Shown here: positions 31,736-44,700 of the stretch, in pieces | Numbering within the stretch: the first letter of the stretch is position 1 | Layout: each line of letters starts with the position of its first letter | Source of the DNA: Lingula anatina | Lineage: Eukaryota > Animalia > Brachiopoda | DNA: 64,000 nt | Assembly: GCA_051362555.1 (NCBI GenBank) | Contig: CM120641.1 | Span: 15,252,001-15,316,000, forward strand | Direction of reading: 5' to 3' | The notes under the pieces: generated by a model | Databases searched by the model: none | Told to the model about the DNA's origin: nothing | What the model saw: the letters and a program-made list of their open reading frames with translations, nothing else | Made by a program: the position numbers and the translations under genes

Positions 31736-34700
31736 TCAACTCTGTTCATCTCCATTCCTGTACAGTTTACTGAGTTCTGAGATCAAGCTCTCCAAGTAAG
31801 GGTTTCCACCATAACTTTTGATTTGCTCCAATAAACTAGGAAAAAAAGAAGAAAAAAATGTATAAGTGGAGAGTCAGAAATTAATCTATAAATTTGTTAA
31901 AATATTTTAATAGATATTAAACACACAAATTAAACACATGAATATATACTTGCAAACTGATTAATTTCAGAGTGCAAATATATACTAAAGTATCAAGCAA
32001 AAATGTTCATTAGCTTCCATTTGGTAGTTGGATCATATGTCATAATCACCAAACAACAGTAATGGTAAGCTAACGGTATGAAAGTATTTTGGCTTGTGTT
32101 TAATAATTGTCATATATAAAGTATCAAGGTTCAAATTTTATACGTTAAAAAATAAAATAAATGAAATCAGTAAAGCTGAATATTTTACTATTGAAAAGTC
32201 TAATGGAGTTGATGGTATTGTTTGACATTCTTGCAAACTTACAGTTGTTCCAAGTCTAGAATAACTTTCCTCGTGTAGTCAAAAGAACCCACTCTGTGCA
32301 AATATTCCACGCAATACTTCTTCACATCATTGTCAGTGGTACGCTGCCGTAATATACCCACACATGGTTAAGGGTCATTCACACACATAAGCATACATGT
32401 AAACCTGGATGTAACAGGCATGGTGGATTTTAAGGTGTACAACACTGTGTCCAGCATCTCTTCTCCCAGTACAAAATAATTCATTTAGAAAGTTACTGAT
32501 TTTCCACTAAATTAAATGGATGAATAATAAATCAGACGTTCTGTATAGAGAGTAAATTATTTAACAGATATAAATACTCTAGGGAGAGCTAGTCTTGATA
32601 TGGTGGAATAATGATTGACACTGAAAAAGACACAATGCCTAATTTTAGCAATTTTAGTGTTAATGACTCTGATACATTTCTGCTCCCCTATATCAAGCAT
32701 GGACATTCATATCCATCTACATATCCAGACAAGGATACTCATGATCTGATTGTCTCTTGGGTTGATACGTATACCGTGGATCAGGGGGAAGGAAAACTTT
32801 CCCTCAGTCAGATCTTCACAATAGCTCTTATTGGCTTCATACTGAAATTATAATAATGACTTTAACATTGCAATACTTAACCTCAGCATTTGACTTATTA
32901 GTAACTCTAACTATAGAGATAAAACAGACTGCTTGAATTGTACTAAAACATTAAAACTGTCTTAATTGATCTATGAACTGCATAAAATTACACCATCCTT
33001 CACAATTTGGCAGTGCTGTGGTGAAGGGCAAGTTTGGGGGTCATGCAATTATGACAAAAATGTCAGGGGTGGTAGATATAGTAAAAACTGAACAATACCT
33101 CTTTAGAATAAAGGTTGGCAAAGTCATCCCTGATTTGGAAATAGAGACCCAGATTGTCCAACAGAGGCTTAAAGTTACTGAAATTTAAAACGTGAAACCC
33201 TGAATAAATAGAAGTCCAGGATTGCTATATAGAACAGTGTGGCCAAGGTGCTCAGGTAACAGACACATATCAATTTGGAGGACGGTTCAAGGTCCATTGT
33301 TTTAAATTCTTTAAAGTAAAATTACACAAGTGCTAACCAACATGTAGAAAGTTTAAAACTGACTCTTGAATGATTCATTAAAACTTTAACAAAGACCCAA
33401 AAAAACAAAACTGGCAATTATAGAGATTTAAAGCAAAATTTTATAAAACAACTTTTTTCAGCCCAGCCTCTCACCTCTTGTACATACCTTTTATTTTCAC
33501 TAAACAGCTGCATCAGCCTGACAGCGAGACCAAAAAGGCCTCCAGTCTCTTAATTGGAAAATGCAGTTGACATGTTATTTTTACATTGCAATAATCACAG
33601 AAAAATGGTTCATACAGAAAAAATTACAGAAAGAGCAATATCATGTCTAAAATGTAAAATAATAAAGATTTGTCACATATGAAATGAAAACTTCCAATGC
33701 TTCATTAGTGTCAGCAATGCAATTCTTACTTGCAAAAAATCTCTAAAAGCAATATCTTCCCAGTTAACAAACTTCTGTAAATATACAAAATACATCAGCA
33801 CTGATCTGAAGTTTAAGTCAATCGAATTTGCCACTTTATAGCATTCTGTCTTTAAAACAGTGTGGTTCATTAAACAGGACTGTACTTACTTTTAATGACC
33901 ATAGATTTATATTCCTCTTCAGAAGGACAGACATATGCATCTCTCCAGTAAATATCGAGTCCCTGACCCTGGTGGAGTTCTAATAACTGCTCTGAAAGTG
34001 TCAAATTAAAAGACAGCCATTTAAATTAAGTATTATCTGTTCAGAGAGCAGACTTTTACTGATAGATTATAAAAATGCTATCTCATATTAACAGAAAGAA
34101 GAGGCAAGTATATGGTTTGTGAGGTAAAAACAACGTCAGTAAAAATCCATCTGATTATGTTTAGGTCCTACACAAAATAAATAAAGCACCAACTTCATTT
34201 TAGCTTTATATCATGTATTTCAATATATTTAATGAACTGGGCTAAAGTGAAATTTACCTAATAACCTATAATTATCTTTGCAAAAAGAACATTAAAATAT
34301 GCACTTCTTCATTCCTATTATCTTTTTTATTAGCAACCCTTTCAAAACTTTTTAAAGTCATTTACTCTGTAAAGTCAACTTAATTTTAAGACACAATACC
34401 ACTCAGTCCTATTACCTACCAGTGAAGACAGCCATTGCCTCTGGTTTATTGAGTGTCAGCACTTTCTCCAAGCCCAAGAAATACACGTAGTTAGCTGAAT
34501 TGATCGTGTGGGCTACTCCATATATATTGTGAGCAACTGAATTTTAAAATGACCAAAGATTAACAAAAAACAATTAAAAAATTTGTAATAAGCATGGGCC
34601 TTTCACTTATCTTTTCTGATGAAATGGACAAGAAAAACAATGCACAACCTTAAATTAAATGACAATGAAATTTAAAGACTTGAAATATTACTTAAAACTT

Positions 34701-35973
34701 AAAACCTGATATGCACACACATGATAAACCATTTACTACTAAAGTCTCGTGTTAACATACCTGGGATGCCTCTTCGAAGTTTGGAATTATCTTCTATATC
34801 ATCAATTCTGTAATATATCAATTGGTAGTAAAATATAAACTATGACTATAGCCTCCCAAATATTAGGTTTATAGTGATAAAAACTTTAAAAATCTAACTG
34901 CAATAATATCTAGCCCTTATGATGACCAGTTAAAAATATAATTTCACTTCATTTAGTATCCAGAAGTTTCACTGAGGAAACAAACTTATGCTGCTTTAAA
35001 TTTTATAAAAAAAGAATATTATCAAGCATATATACTGAATGTAAGTTGAATGAGTTAAAGACTTATTTTTGAAGCATGCTTGTTGAGCATACATCTACTT
35101 GTTTCATATGCCTGTAAATTAATTTACAGCAGACTTCACTTACAATAAACTAGCATTGTGTAGCATCTGTGTAACTTCACTAATTATTTCAAGTTTTTCC
35201 TTTGGTACATGCAGCCAGTGATTGAATGCCTAAAAATAGAATGGTGCATCATGAAAGGCAATTAAATCATAAAAAAGAACTCATGCAGAAGAAAACAATG
35301 AATGAAATATACCAATGAAGAGTCCATTAAGGTGACAAATTTACAAAAAAAAGTGACTGATTATTGATAGGCATTAACTGGGCTCATTGTCATACTTTCA
35401 AACTACAGTAAAGTTCAACAACAGTATTTAACAGTGCAACTACAGTACAACAACAGGTCCATGTCTGCTGTGTTGAACTGAATGATGAGATAACAGACAA
35501 GATGAAGTCCACAGAGAGCCATGTGATGGAAGTATGTTCCTTCTCATTTTGTTTCAGAGGTATATGAATAGGTAAAGCTTTTTACATCAGTTAATATTAA
35601 AACTGTTTTCTTTGATATGGCTTAAACAGTTTGCAGTACAACAGGATTATGCAAGCAAGTAATATTTAAATCTAATCCCTTTTATACATTTCTGCCATCA
35701 CTAAGCATGTTCCTGGAGAGAAATAATGTAGAGTTATACTTACAGTTGCCAATTTTGTTCTAACATTTTTTCCTGGAATCTGTAAAATATATTCATATGG
35801 TTCCAGGAGGATCTGAAAAACAAGTAATTACAGCATGACATTCTTTCAGAAAATTTATCTAAAAAGCTATTAGTACTTAGAAAGACTTGAAAAGTAAGGA
35901 AAGTTTTTTTTATATTTTTTACCTGCTCCTGATCTGGAATAACTGTTTTTGATGGGTCAGTTGCATATGCCAT
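31736..35973 (-). CDS. GGPS1: Geranylgeranyl pyrophosphate synthase
   Basis: Exons 35923-35973, 35744-35812 ([18 protein letters not shown]), 35144-35229 (AFNHWL...MLHNASL), 34761-34807 ([19 protein letters not shown]), 34420-34536, 33890-33991 ([16 protein letters not shown]), 33488-33548 ([10 protein letters not shown]), 33099-33177 ([18 protein letters not shown]), 32739-32841 ([11 protein letters not shown]), 32243-32357 (ILRQRT), 31736-31835. Confidence 0.96.
32358..32738 (-). other. U12-type (minor spliceosome) intron in GGPS1 with apparent GT-GG termini
   Basis: 5' splice site GTATCCTTG; branch site CCCTTAAC 9 nt before the junction that restores the conserved ILRQRT; the intron ends ...CATGTGTGG. 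Confidence 0.72.
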
Positions 35974-37779
35974 ATTTCATCTAGACCTTCCTTGCCCTTC
36001 TAGATAACACTGCAAGACATGAATGTGAAAGAGTAAAAATGAATCATCTTATTAGTTACAGGTACTGTGGATTAGGAAACTGTTTACTTTTTGTTCACTT
36101 TATCAAACGTACATTGCATCATGTGTTTTAACATATATTTTTGATTAAATCATGAAAATAATATATTTAACAGGACAGGAGGGAAGATCTTGTTTAAGTG
36201 AGATTGGTTTGGAGTGAAAAAGTCATAAATCTTTTATGTGAAAATAACAACCATGACTAACACTACAGAGCCTTAAGTGCCATTAATTTCTGAATCACCC
36301 ATATAGATGAACCTGACATGATATGCAAAATTTAACAGTTTACAAAGAAATATTATGAGAGATACCAGTGAATCTTATTCTTAGTCTATGCATTAATTCA
36401 TCTTCAAGATTAAAAAATGAGCCTACTTAGTATAACTTCAGGTTACATTTGAACCAAGCACAGATTGTAAGGCATATCAACCAATTCTACTAGTTTCGAT
36501 ATAGGACTCAAATAATGTCAACATGCCAAGGTATAAACAAAATTATTCACTTGACTAGCAATAAAAGCGCATTAAAACTGCACCTTTTTAAAATTCCTGG
36601 TGGTAAATTTAGCACAGAAAGAAAGCAGAAAATGCCTGTCGGTGTCCAAATATCATTCTTCAGGAAATTTGAAAAAATTCCTTTACGGAGGCATTTGGTC
36701 AGGTTTCATGGCCAAGAAATTACTTCAAATGCATCTTTACAGTAACATGAATGAAATTGCAATGATATGTAAAATTAAAATATATATATACATGTATATA
36801 TATAAGAGGGGTACAGTGCCCTGTTGGGTAAGAGTTTAGCCCTACTAGTAAAAAGTTTCTAAATCAAGTGGATATGTAGCAAAAATTATTTTCATTCTGA
36901 CTAACACTGTAACAGTGACAGAAAGCTAGTAAATGTACTAGTGTGTGATATTACAATAACATCGATTGTGTATGAGTCATAACTAACGTTGATCACAAAA
37001 TATATCAGTCAGTTATAATGGTTAGCAAAATACCATGTCAAATAAAATGGTTTAAGTGAGCAATATCAGTGATAAACTTGAAGTTCATTCTTAACATTAT
37101 ATGTGAAACACAATATTAACCCTAGCACTTCCTACCTGCACTGTCTTTTCCCGGCCTGTAGAATGCAGAGTTGCAAGTTTATTCCTAATTTATTCGTATG
37201 TTAAGTCTGTCACCTGCACCAAAGTAAGATGATCAAAATACATTTAACTTGTGTAAATATTATTCTGACAAAACAAATTCATACACGGTCTGTTTTTTGG
37301 TTGGCAATCATAGCTTTTCCGCTTGAATTTAATAGAAAAGTCAAAATGGGACAAATTTTTATCATTTCCAAAACAGCTCCATTTCGTAAAATCAGGTCAA
37401 GGATGAAAATGGAACAACATGAAACAGAAGAACATTGGTAAGATATATTATGAAAGACAGTTGGTCGTTGCAGGTCGCATTTTTAATTAATTTCGGTTCT
37501 TGTGTTCTTTGAAAAAACTTCAAGCCTGCCACAGTCGGTTCATTAACTTTGTTTCCTTTGTCAGACTACATGTATAATTGTTATCAAAATATAATTATAA
37601 GCTCTTGACAAGTGACATTGGTAGGTGTATCAGAAAAATTTTCAAACTGATCAGAAAATTATAAAACTTATATCTTCTGAAAAGTAATGCAAAAAACAGA
37701 CGAATTCTTTTGGAATTTTTAAAATATTCCTACAAGCAACAAAGATATTGAAGTTTTTTAACTGCAAAATTTCACCAAA

Positions 37780-38380
37780 AGTGTCCACGCTCTTCAGCTA
37801 AATACCTGTGACCACTGACCAGCGGTGATCACTCAGCTGTAGCTGCGGCTCAAATTGCTTGTGACCAATTAGGGCAATTAGGGCTGTATGTTAATCTAAT
37901 GACCCGGAAACAAACCCAAATTGGCGACCGCACAAGCACATGGCTGGGATGGCTTCCATGCAGATCATGTACTATAAATATTGAGCATCAAATAAGTTAA
38001 CTATACTTCGCATGGTTAAATTTTCACGATTTTTCGACATAATATTGCAAATATCATTAAATTTACTTGGCATGAATTACAAAAATTTCCATGCAGTACT
38101 TATCTGAAATTTTAAACATTTTGTCGAGGCAAAACTTTAAAACGTCCTAAAATCAAATTTCTCTAAGACTGCAACACGGGAAAATCACGTGACCGGAATT
38201 TACTCTTTGATTTACAGCTTATTTAGTAAATGGTTTGTATTAGTTTATTTACATGTCGGTAAAAGAGAGATTTAAGAAAAGGGATGTCATAGGTGAGCTG
38301 TTAGCAGGTCGGTCTCGGTTTTGCACTTCACTGCCCCTGGATAGTTACTACTGTAGCGCCCCTAGCGGATTGTAATATAC
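37780..38380. promoter_or_regulatory. Probable divergent promoter region between GGPS1 and FBXL15
   Basis: Local CpG enrichment between two divergent genes; ATCACGTGAC E-box (~38184), CCGGAA ETS-like sites (~37904, ~38193), and a GTGAGC donor at ~38293 suggesting a first exon on +. Confidence 0.5.
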
Positions 38381-38457
38381 CTAACATTGGCAAGTGACAT
38401 ATCCAGGGTTTATATTGTGTTATTAACCCTAGGACGATAAATTGTGTGTTAATGCTT

Positions 38458-38506
<49 letters not shown>

Positions 38507-38878
38507 CCTGTACTGTATGTGTTACAAGACATAAAAGAGTGAAGAAAAGTATGGTTTTCTGGTCATACTAGCTAAAATGCGCAATACAGCACAACACCAA
38601 TTTCATTGCCAAGGGTGAGCTCAGTCCGAAATGTAAAAGATGCATTTACAACCCACAATTATGACCTACTTTCCGTTGGTGAAAACCAAGTAAGTACTAG
38701 TAGGCATACCATGTGACTGTATCCCATGGTACTTGGCCAAATTTAACAAATTAATGTGGTGGTGGCTGGAAGAAAAAAACTTAAGCACATAAGAGGGATA
38801 AAAAGTAGAGGGGAGCACTACACAAACCTTGGAAGAATAAAAGTAGGATTATACTGGAGAGGACACTGGCATGTCAAC

Positions 38879-39163
38879 GGTTACATGCCTATTCGTCCCC
38901 GCACCGATACTCCCCCGCACCGCTACATCCCCACACCAATACTTCCCCGGACCGATACTCCCCCACACCATTGCTTCGATACTGAGGGGGAGTATCGGTG
39001 CGGGGGAGTATCGGTGCGGGGAAGTGTCGGTGGGGGGGGGGGGGGAGTACCGGTGCAGGGATCTATCGGTGTGGGGTTGTATCGATGCTCATAAAACAAA
39101 AAATTACTTAGGGGGAGTATCGGTGCGGGGGAGTATCAGTGTGGGGGAGTATCGACATGACCC
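38879..39163. mobile_element. Foldback/Mutator-like MITE with ~16-bp subrepeats and a 9-bp TSD
   Basis: Flanked by the direct repeat CATGTCAAC (38870-38878 and 39164-39172); arrays of CCCCGCACCGATACT face their reverse complement AGTATCGGTGCGGGG. Confidence 0.85.
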
Positions 39164-40091
39164 CATGTCAACAGTGTTAAATATGACGTTAAACATTGTG
39201 AGACCTTGCACTGAGCTTAGATGAATAACTGACCTAATGTCAAATGATGCAATTCTTACAGTCAGGCTGATGTCACATACCTTACCACTGGCAAGTTGAG
39301 GTAACACGGATTGCATTAACTTCTATTTTAAACTTGTCAGACTTCATGAGATTATATCAAACTTCATATTAATCACTTCTGTTGGGGGGGGGGGGAGCAT
39401 TTCAGTAGAGTCACCCCATCTCCCCATTTCTAAGGCAAAGTGCATGGATGACCAACTGTAAGAATGGCCAAACTGGTTTGATCTGGTGTGGTAGCCCCAG
39501 TAGTAGTAGTAGTACATGTAGTTGTAGTAGTAGAAATAGTAGCAGTGAAAAGTGTACACACTTTGAATGAATTGTGCATATGCAGGCCATTTCTGAAGAG
39601 GGCCAAGAATAAAAGTGAACATATAAAATGGACAAAAACAATGCTGGAGTCACATTTTTAACAAATAATATTCACATCTATTGGTGATGGTTATTTAAGG
39701 TAAACTATTTTAGACACAATTCTGTTATCATCTCAACAACAATATGGCATTTCCCTTGGATTGTCCTTTTGTTCCTTTGAAAAAAATTAATTGTTTAAAT
39801 GAATTAAAATAATATTTGGTACATTGAAATATTTAATTTGGACAAGGAAATATTATGCAAGAATTTTCTAAACCCTTTACCAGTGGAGGTACATAAAAAG
39901 TTGGATCAAAAATTTGAAAAAAAAAAGCTAAGGATTATTCAGAGGCAACAATGATTCAGCATTTGTTAAAAAAAACTTATGAAGATTTCTTTTATCCCCC
40001 ATTGCCTCATGGAATACCTGGAGAATTTATATTTAAATTTTTACTCCTATGTGATTTTCATATATTAACTCACTATTTTCTGTAGGGTTAT

Positions 40092-41451
40092 ATGTTATTT
40101 CTGGACACATGGGCTCTTTTTACTGATAGCTATATCTCAGAAACTACATTTCTTTTCAGGCCTCCATCCTATTCCATACTGGATTGCCTTCCGTGGGAAG
40201 ATGTTCTGTTCAAGAAGGTGTTTCCCAACCTGGCAGTACAGACACTCTTCAGCCTTAGGAGAGTAAGCAAGCAGTTTCATGAGTGTATCACATACTATTT
40301 CCAAACCAGTAAATGTCTCAACCTTAGCAGGATTGCAGCCAGATGTAATGGTGTTGCTTTTCAAATCATGACCAATGACAATAGCAACTTACAAGAATTA
40401 AACTTAAGAAACTCTAAAGACTGGCTGACTGATGAACTCCTTGTGCCAGTGCTGCAAAGGAACAGCCGACTTTTACTTATAGATATAAGTAACTGTACTC
40501 GCTTGACTAATGAGAGTATCCGTATCTTGGCTTTACATTGCCCTAACTTGTGTCGTATCACACTGAGGGAGTGTATATGGTTGAGTGTAGTGGCTGTCAC
40601 CAACCTGGTTCTACACTGCAGAGGACTAACCCATGTAGATTTGTCTGGATGCTGGAACCTAAATGATGAGGCTGTAGTGACAATGGCAATGTGTTGCCAG
40701 CAGTAAGTCATGCTCATTGAATTATTGTTTATATATGTTTATATATGTTCTATTTGTTAATAACTTCATACTTGATACAGCTGCTTTGTTTCAAAGAAAA
40801 TATTTAACTCTTACATTCATTCAAATTTATGAAATGTGACATTGCAGTTTGAAGTCTCTTTTAATGAACCTTCTTGCCCTTTGCATTTTAGACTGGAATT
40901 CCTGTCCATAGCAAAGATCTATGGGGTGACGGATCATGCAATAGCAAATGTAGCTAGCTACTGTAGACGACTGAAGCATTTAAACATGACTGGCTGTTGG
41001 AGGGTGACCAATGAGTCTGTGATGTAAGTTTTTGTTAGGTTTTTAACATTTTTAGATGCATGTCAGGGGCGTAACCAGACCTTTAAAAATTGTACGCACA
41101 GATTTTGAAAATTCCCAGGTACGATTATATTCCTTGAAAAATACACTAAATTAATGGAGAATAATATCATGGTTGGCACAAAAAATTGTACGCACAGTGC
41201 ATCCGTGCGTATGCCTGGTTACGCCCCTGCATGTGTTAAGTAAACAAAACACAAGCATCAATGAGTATAACACTCTGTATTAGAAATAATATATATTTTT
41301 GATTGTGCAGACACAATTGTACTTCAAGCCATCATCAGTCTTTTAATGTTGCCTTATATTTTTCTTTTCAGTTAGCTTATCTTTTTAGAAGAGACACGTT
41401 ATGCCTAAATAAACTATATAGCACTCTTTAATTGTTGCACTCACTCACTCA

Positions 41452-41484
<33 letters not shown>

Positions 41485-41748
41485 AAAATCTGCACCAATA
41501 ATCATTTCTTTAATGAAATAAAAGATGTTGAGGCACTACAAAAATGTGGCATCTTTCTTCATTTCAGACTTCTAGCAGAGTATTGCAGGGACCTGAAGGC
41601 ACTGCAGATAAGAGAATGCAGGGATATTAATGAGCAAAGTTTGTGTAAACTAAGGGAGAAAAATGTGAAAGTGGACATACCTAAGTACCCCTACACTATT
41701 GTCTGTCCTCTAACAAGGTCACTGCAAAGACTTAATGTACAAATATGA
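40092..41748 (+). CDS. FBXL15: F-box/LRR-repeat protein 15-like; true start uncertain
   Basis: Exons 40160(or 40092)-40702 (F-box LPWEDVLFKKVFPNL..LFSLRRVSKQF, then DWLTDELLVPVL and Cys-containing LRRs), 40892-41023 and 41568-41748 (ends LNVQI*). The N-terminal F-box, LRR pattern and C-terminus resemble FBXL15. Confidence 0.85.
41064..41229. mobile_element. 166-bp hAT-like MITE in the last FBXL15 intron, 5-bp TSD
   Basis: Perfect 15-bp TIR CAGGGGCGTAACCAG / CTGGTTACGCCCCTG with CATGT on both sides; internal direct repeat AAAAATTGTACGCACAG. Confidence 0.85.
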
Positions 41749-44700
41749 TAGTCATTTAAGTCTGCATTTGACTTGCTCAAAATTGCAATGTTTTCTCCTT
41801 TTGGTAATCCTAATTTATGTGAATGTATCAGATAAGTTGCCTACTGTCATTTCTTTCAAATGAGTAATTTTGTTTAAAATATTGTAAATGATTTGTATGT
41901 AAATCAGAAGTTTGGTCATATAATATCATCAGGTAAAAATAATATTCATACAAATGAATGTTATATGAATTTAAGAAATTTGATCAGTTTCACCTAACTG
42001 ATTCTTATAGCTTTCAAACGCATAAATAAGAAATCAAATAAAAATGGGAGGTTATATCATTGTTATTTTGGGGCAACTGTGCCAAACATTTTTTTTTTTT
42101 TGAAAAAGCAATGTTATATCTATATATTTGCAACTTGATATGCAAGTTTCAAACAGTAATGGCAGATAATCAAAATTCTCTTCGTTCATGTAAATGGTGG
42201 ATACTGACCATATTGTGATGCATGTAGAATGTGATGCACGTAGAAAGACATTGCCTTTTAGAGCTCTTGTTTTAAAATGAGTATTCTGCTCAGTGGGAAG
42301 GGTTACTTGTGTTCTAGGTGCACTTCTGTTTTGTCTTCTTTTACAAAACTCTATTACAAATACATCTTAATGTTAAATACATATCTTTTTATCAAATACT
42401 GGGTTGAAGTAGAGCATTTTTATTTTATCAAACTGTAAACCTTCTTTAATGCCACTTTTTTAACTAAATATTCAATTTCTCCATTTTATCATCAGTATAA
42501 GAGCAAGAGATGTTTGTTTCATTATTATTGTGTAAAGTGTTTTAAATCATTTTTTCTCACAGTTAATCAAACCAAGGTATGATATCTGAAATCTCAAGAC
42601 CTGGGTAATTAACAAAGTGGATATTTTACCGATTCCTACCATGAATTGAATCCAAACCCCTCATAGGTTTAACTTACATGCCGAAATAATTATAAAAACA
42701 CTGACCATACTAGTAAAATGTTGTATTGTGATATGTAAATAAACATATTTCATTTTAGAATTTCTTGACTGCTTTTAATACCCCACCCCCAAAACAAGTC
42801 AATGCAAAAGACCGAATGTGTGCATCACCTCTAACGCAATGTCCGATGATTTTAATCAGAGCATTGCTTTCAAATTCAACTAGCACACTGGAGGGGACCA
42901 TTAGTGCCCCTCTGCTTGTGTGGTGGGCACTGGTGGAACAGTATAGCCATTTGTATATTACAATTAAAGTGAGGGACCATAAGATAAAAATAGCATTTCA
43001 ATAAATCCTGGGTCCAAGCTTATGCGAAATCTGACGTTCTGACATATCAAAGTACACATCACTATACTACCGCATAAACGCGTGGATCCAGAATTTTGCT
43101 ACAGGGCGCTCTCTCTTATTTTCATTCATGCCTGGCGTCCGTGTCCGATACACCACAACTGCATATTTTGTTCTTGACACACTGGCTAACGGACGCGTTC
43201 TCAAAATTGCGAAAATGTAAAAAGATCGCAAATATCATATTTTTATTATGATTTTGTTAGGAGGGACAATATGATTATCAAACGGTAGACGAGGGCGATT
43301 TTACAGTGTATTTCATAAATAAACGTAGGGTGAAAAGGGGAATAGAAAATTGGTTGGTATTACCTTGCTTTGCTCATAATACTGCAGGTGGTGGGAGAAG
43401 AGAGTACCTCAGAAGCTAAGAGAGTTTCGCATGCCCGCTTTGATCCCTACACCACCCCCTTGGCCCGCCATTGCTACTTATATATAAATATTATTATATA
43501 CTTATATATATATTGCGTAAATAATGAAGTCTAGTGAGCCTGCAAATGTATTCATACCATTTAGTGCTCAATAAACTTATCATTATTATAAAAGGGTTGT
43601 TAACTTCATTGAAATAAACGTCAAAAAACGTAACAATAAAACTACCTATGATCTGTTTTGATGTGCACTCATGTTAAATGGTCTGCCGGTCTTCCGTTAA
43701 ATTGTGTTACAACGGCAGAGACCAAGAAATCGATAAACCCAAGAACTCTTCATGATGTATTCAGATTGTACGCTCAGAATCCGTTAATCAAAGAACGTAA
43801 AAGGTTTTGTGACTCGGGGTATGTATGGTGAAAAACATCGCCAACAAAGCGACAGCTTACGTTTCCCAAATCAATTAATATATTGCACCATACTAACACA
43901 GTATCAACGTACATCAAGCAGTATACTGTTTCTTTGAGGATCGATACACCTACATTGCATTAAGTGAAGCGTTTGTCAAATGCTGAATAAATCGATGTCG
44001 CTGCACTGTCATTTCTGGGATCCGCTTCCAAATCTTGTTTTAAAAACCTACGCCACTAATCTTTTGCCAGTTGCCCATGCCAGGCAACTGTGTCAGATTG
44101 TCGACATCACAAAGGGGAGTGGATTTTAGAAACAAAAGCATACATCGAGCCAACACTAATATCTTCTGGTTGAGGTAGATTTCGACTATACACTAAGTTA
44201 ACCATCAGGTAGGTTTAGATTGGCCTATCTTTCTGGTCGCGAATAGAAAAGTATGGGTGCGCTTAAAAGGTGATGTAAAACTTTGAAAAAATATTGCGTT
44301 ATATCAGTTTCATATCGTCAGGTACATATACGAGTTGGGTAACTTACTTTACTCTACTCTGATTATTTTAAGTACAGAAAAGAATGCGTAAATGAAAGTG
44401 GTTCTTGTTAGATGCAAGGAATTAATCCTATTGCAACAGGTCTGGTAAACTACCTTCACATTTCGTTGAATAATGCTATATTAACTCAACTATTTAAAAA
44501 AAATGCTAGACATTAAGCCTAATGGGTTCTATTGTTTGGTGTTCCATATTTTGCAACTGGTTTTGAAAATAACCAAAACAGTTTGAAGAACTGTAGAAAT
44601 ATTAGACAGGATAAGACAGCGTTGGAACTTTATAACTGTGGGATGAGGGATAGGGGCCTTCCATGACACTGTGCATCGTTACTGTTTCACTGAATATTAA

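Noticed and set aside
38355-38370. CTCF-like CCGCTAGGGGCGC motif
   Set aside because: One base short of the core spacing.
38253-39300. Candidate upstream coding exons for FBXL15 (38253-38292, 39262-39300)
   Set aside because: No in-frame, phase-consistent path from an ATG could be built; left unresolved, possibly UTR exons.
38756-39316. Pro/Gly-rich ORFs on both strands
   Set aside because: Derived from the subrepeats of the foldback MITE.
43075-43475. Possible decayed hAT-like MITE (CGTGGATCCAGAATTT ... GGCCCGCCATTG)
   Set aside because: Termini too degenerate and no TSD identifiable.
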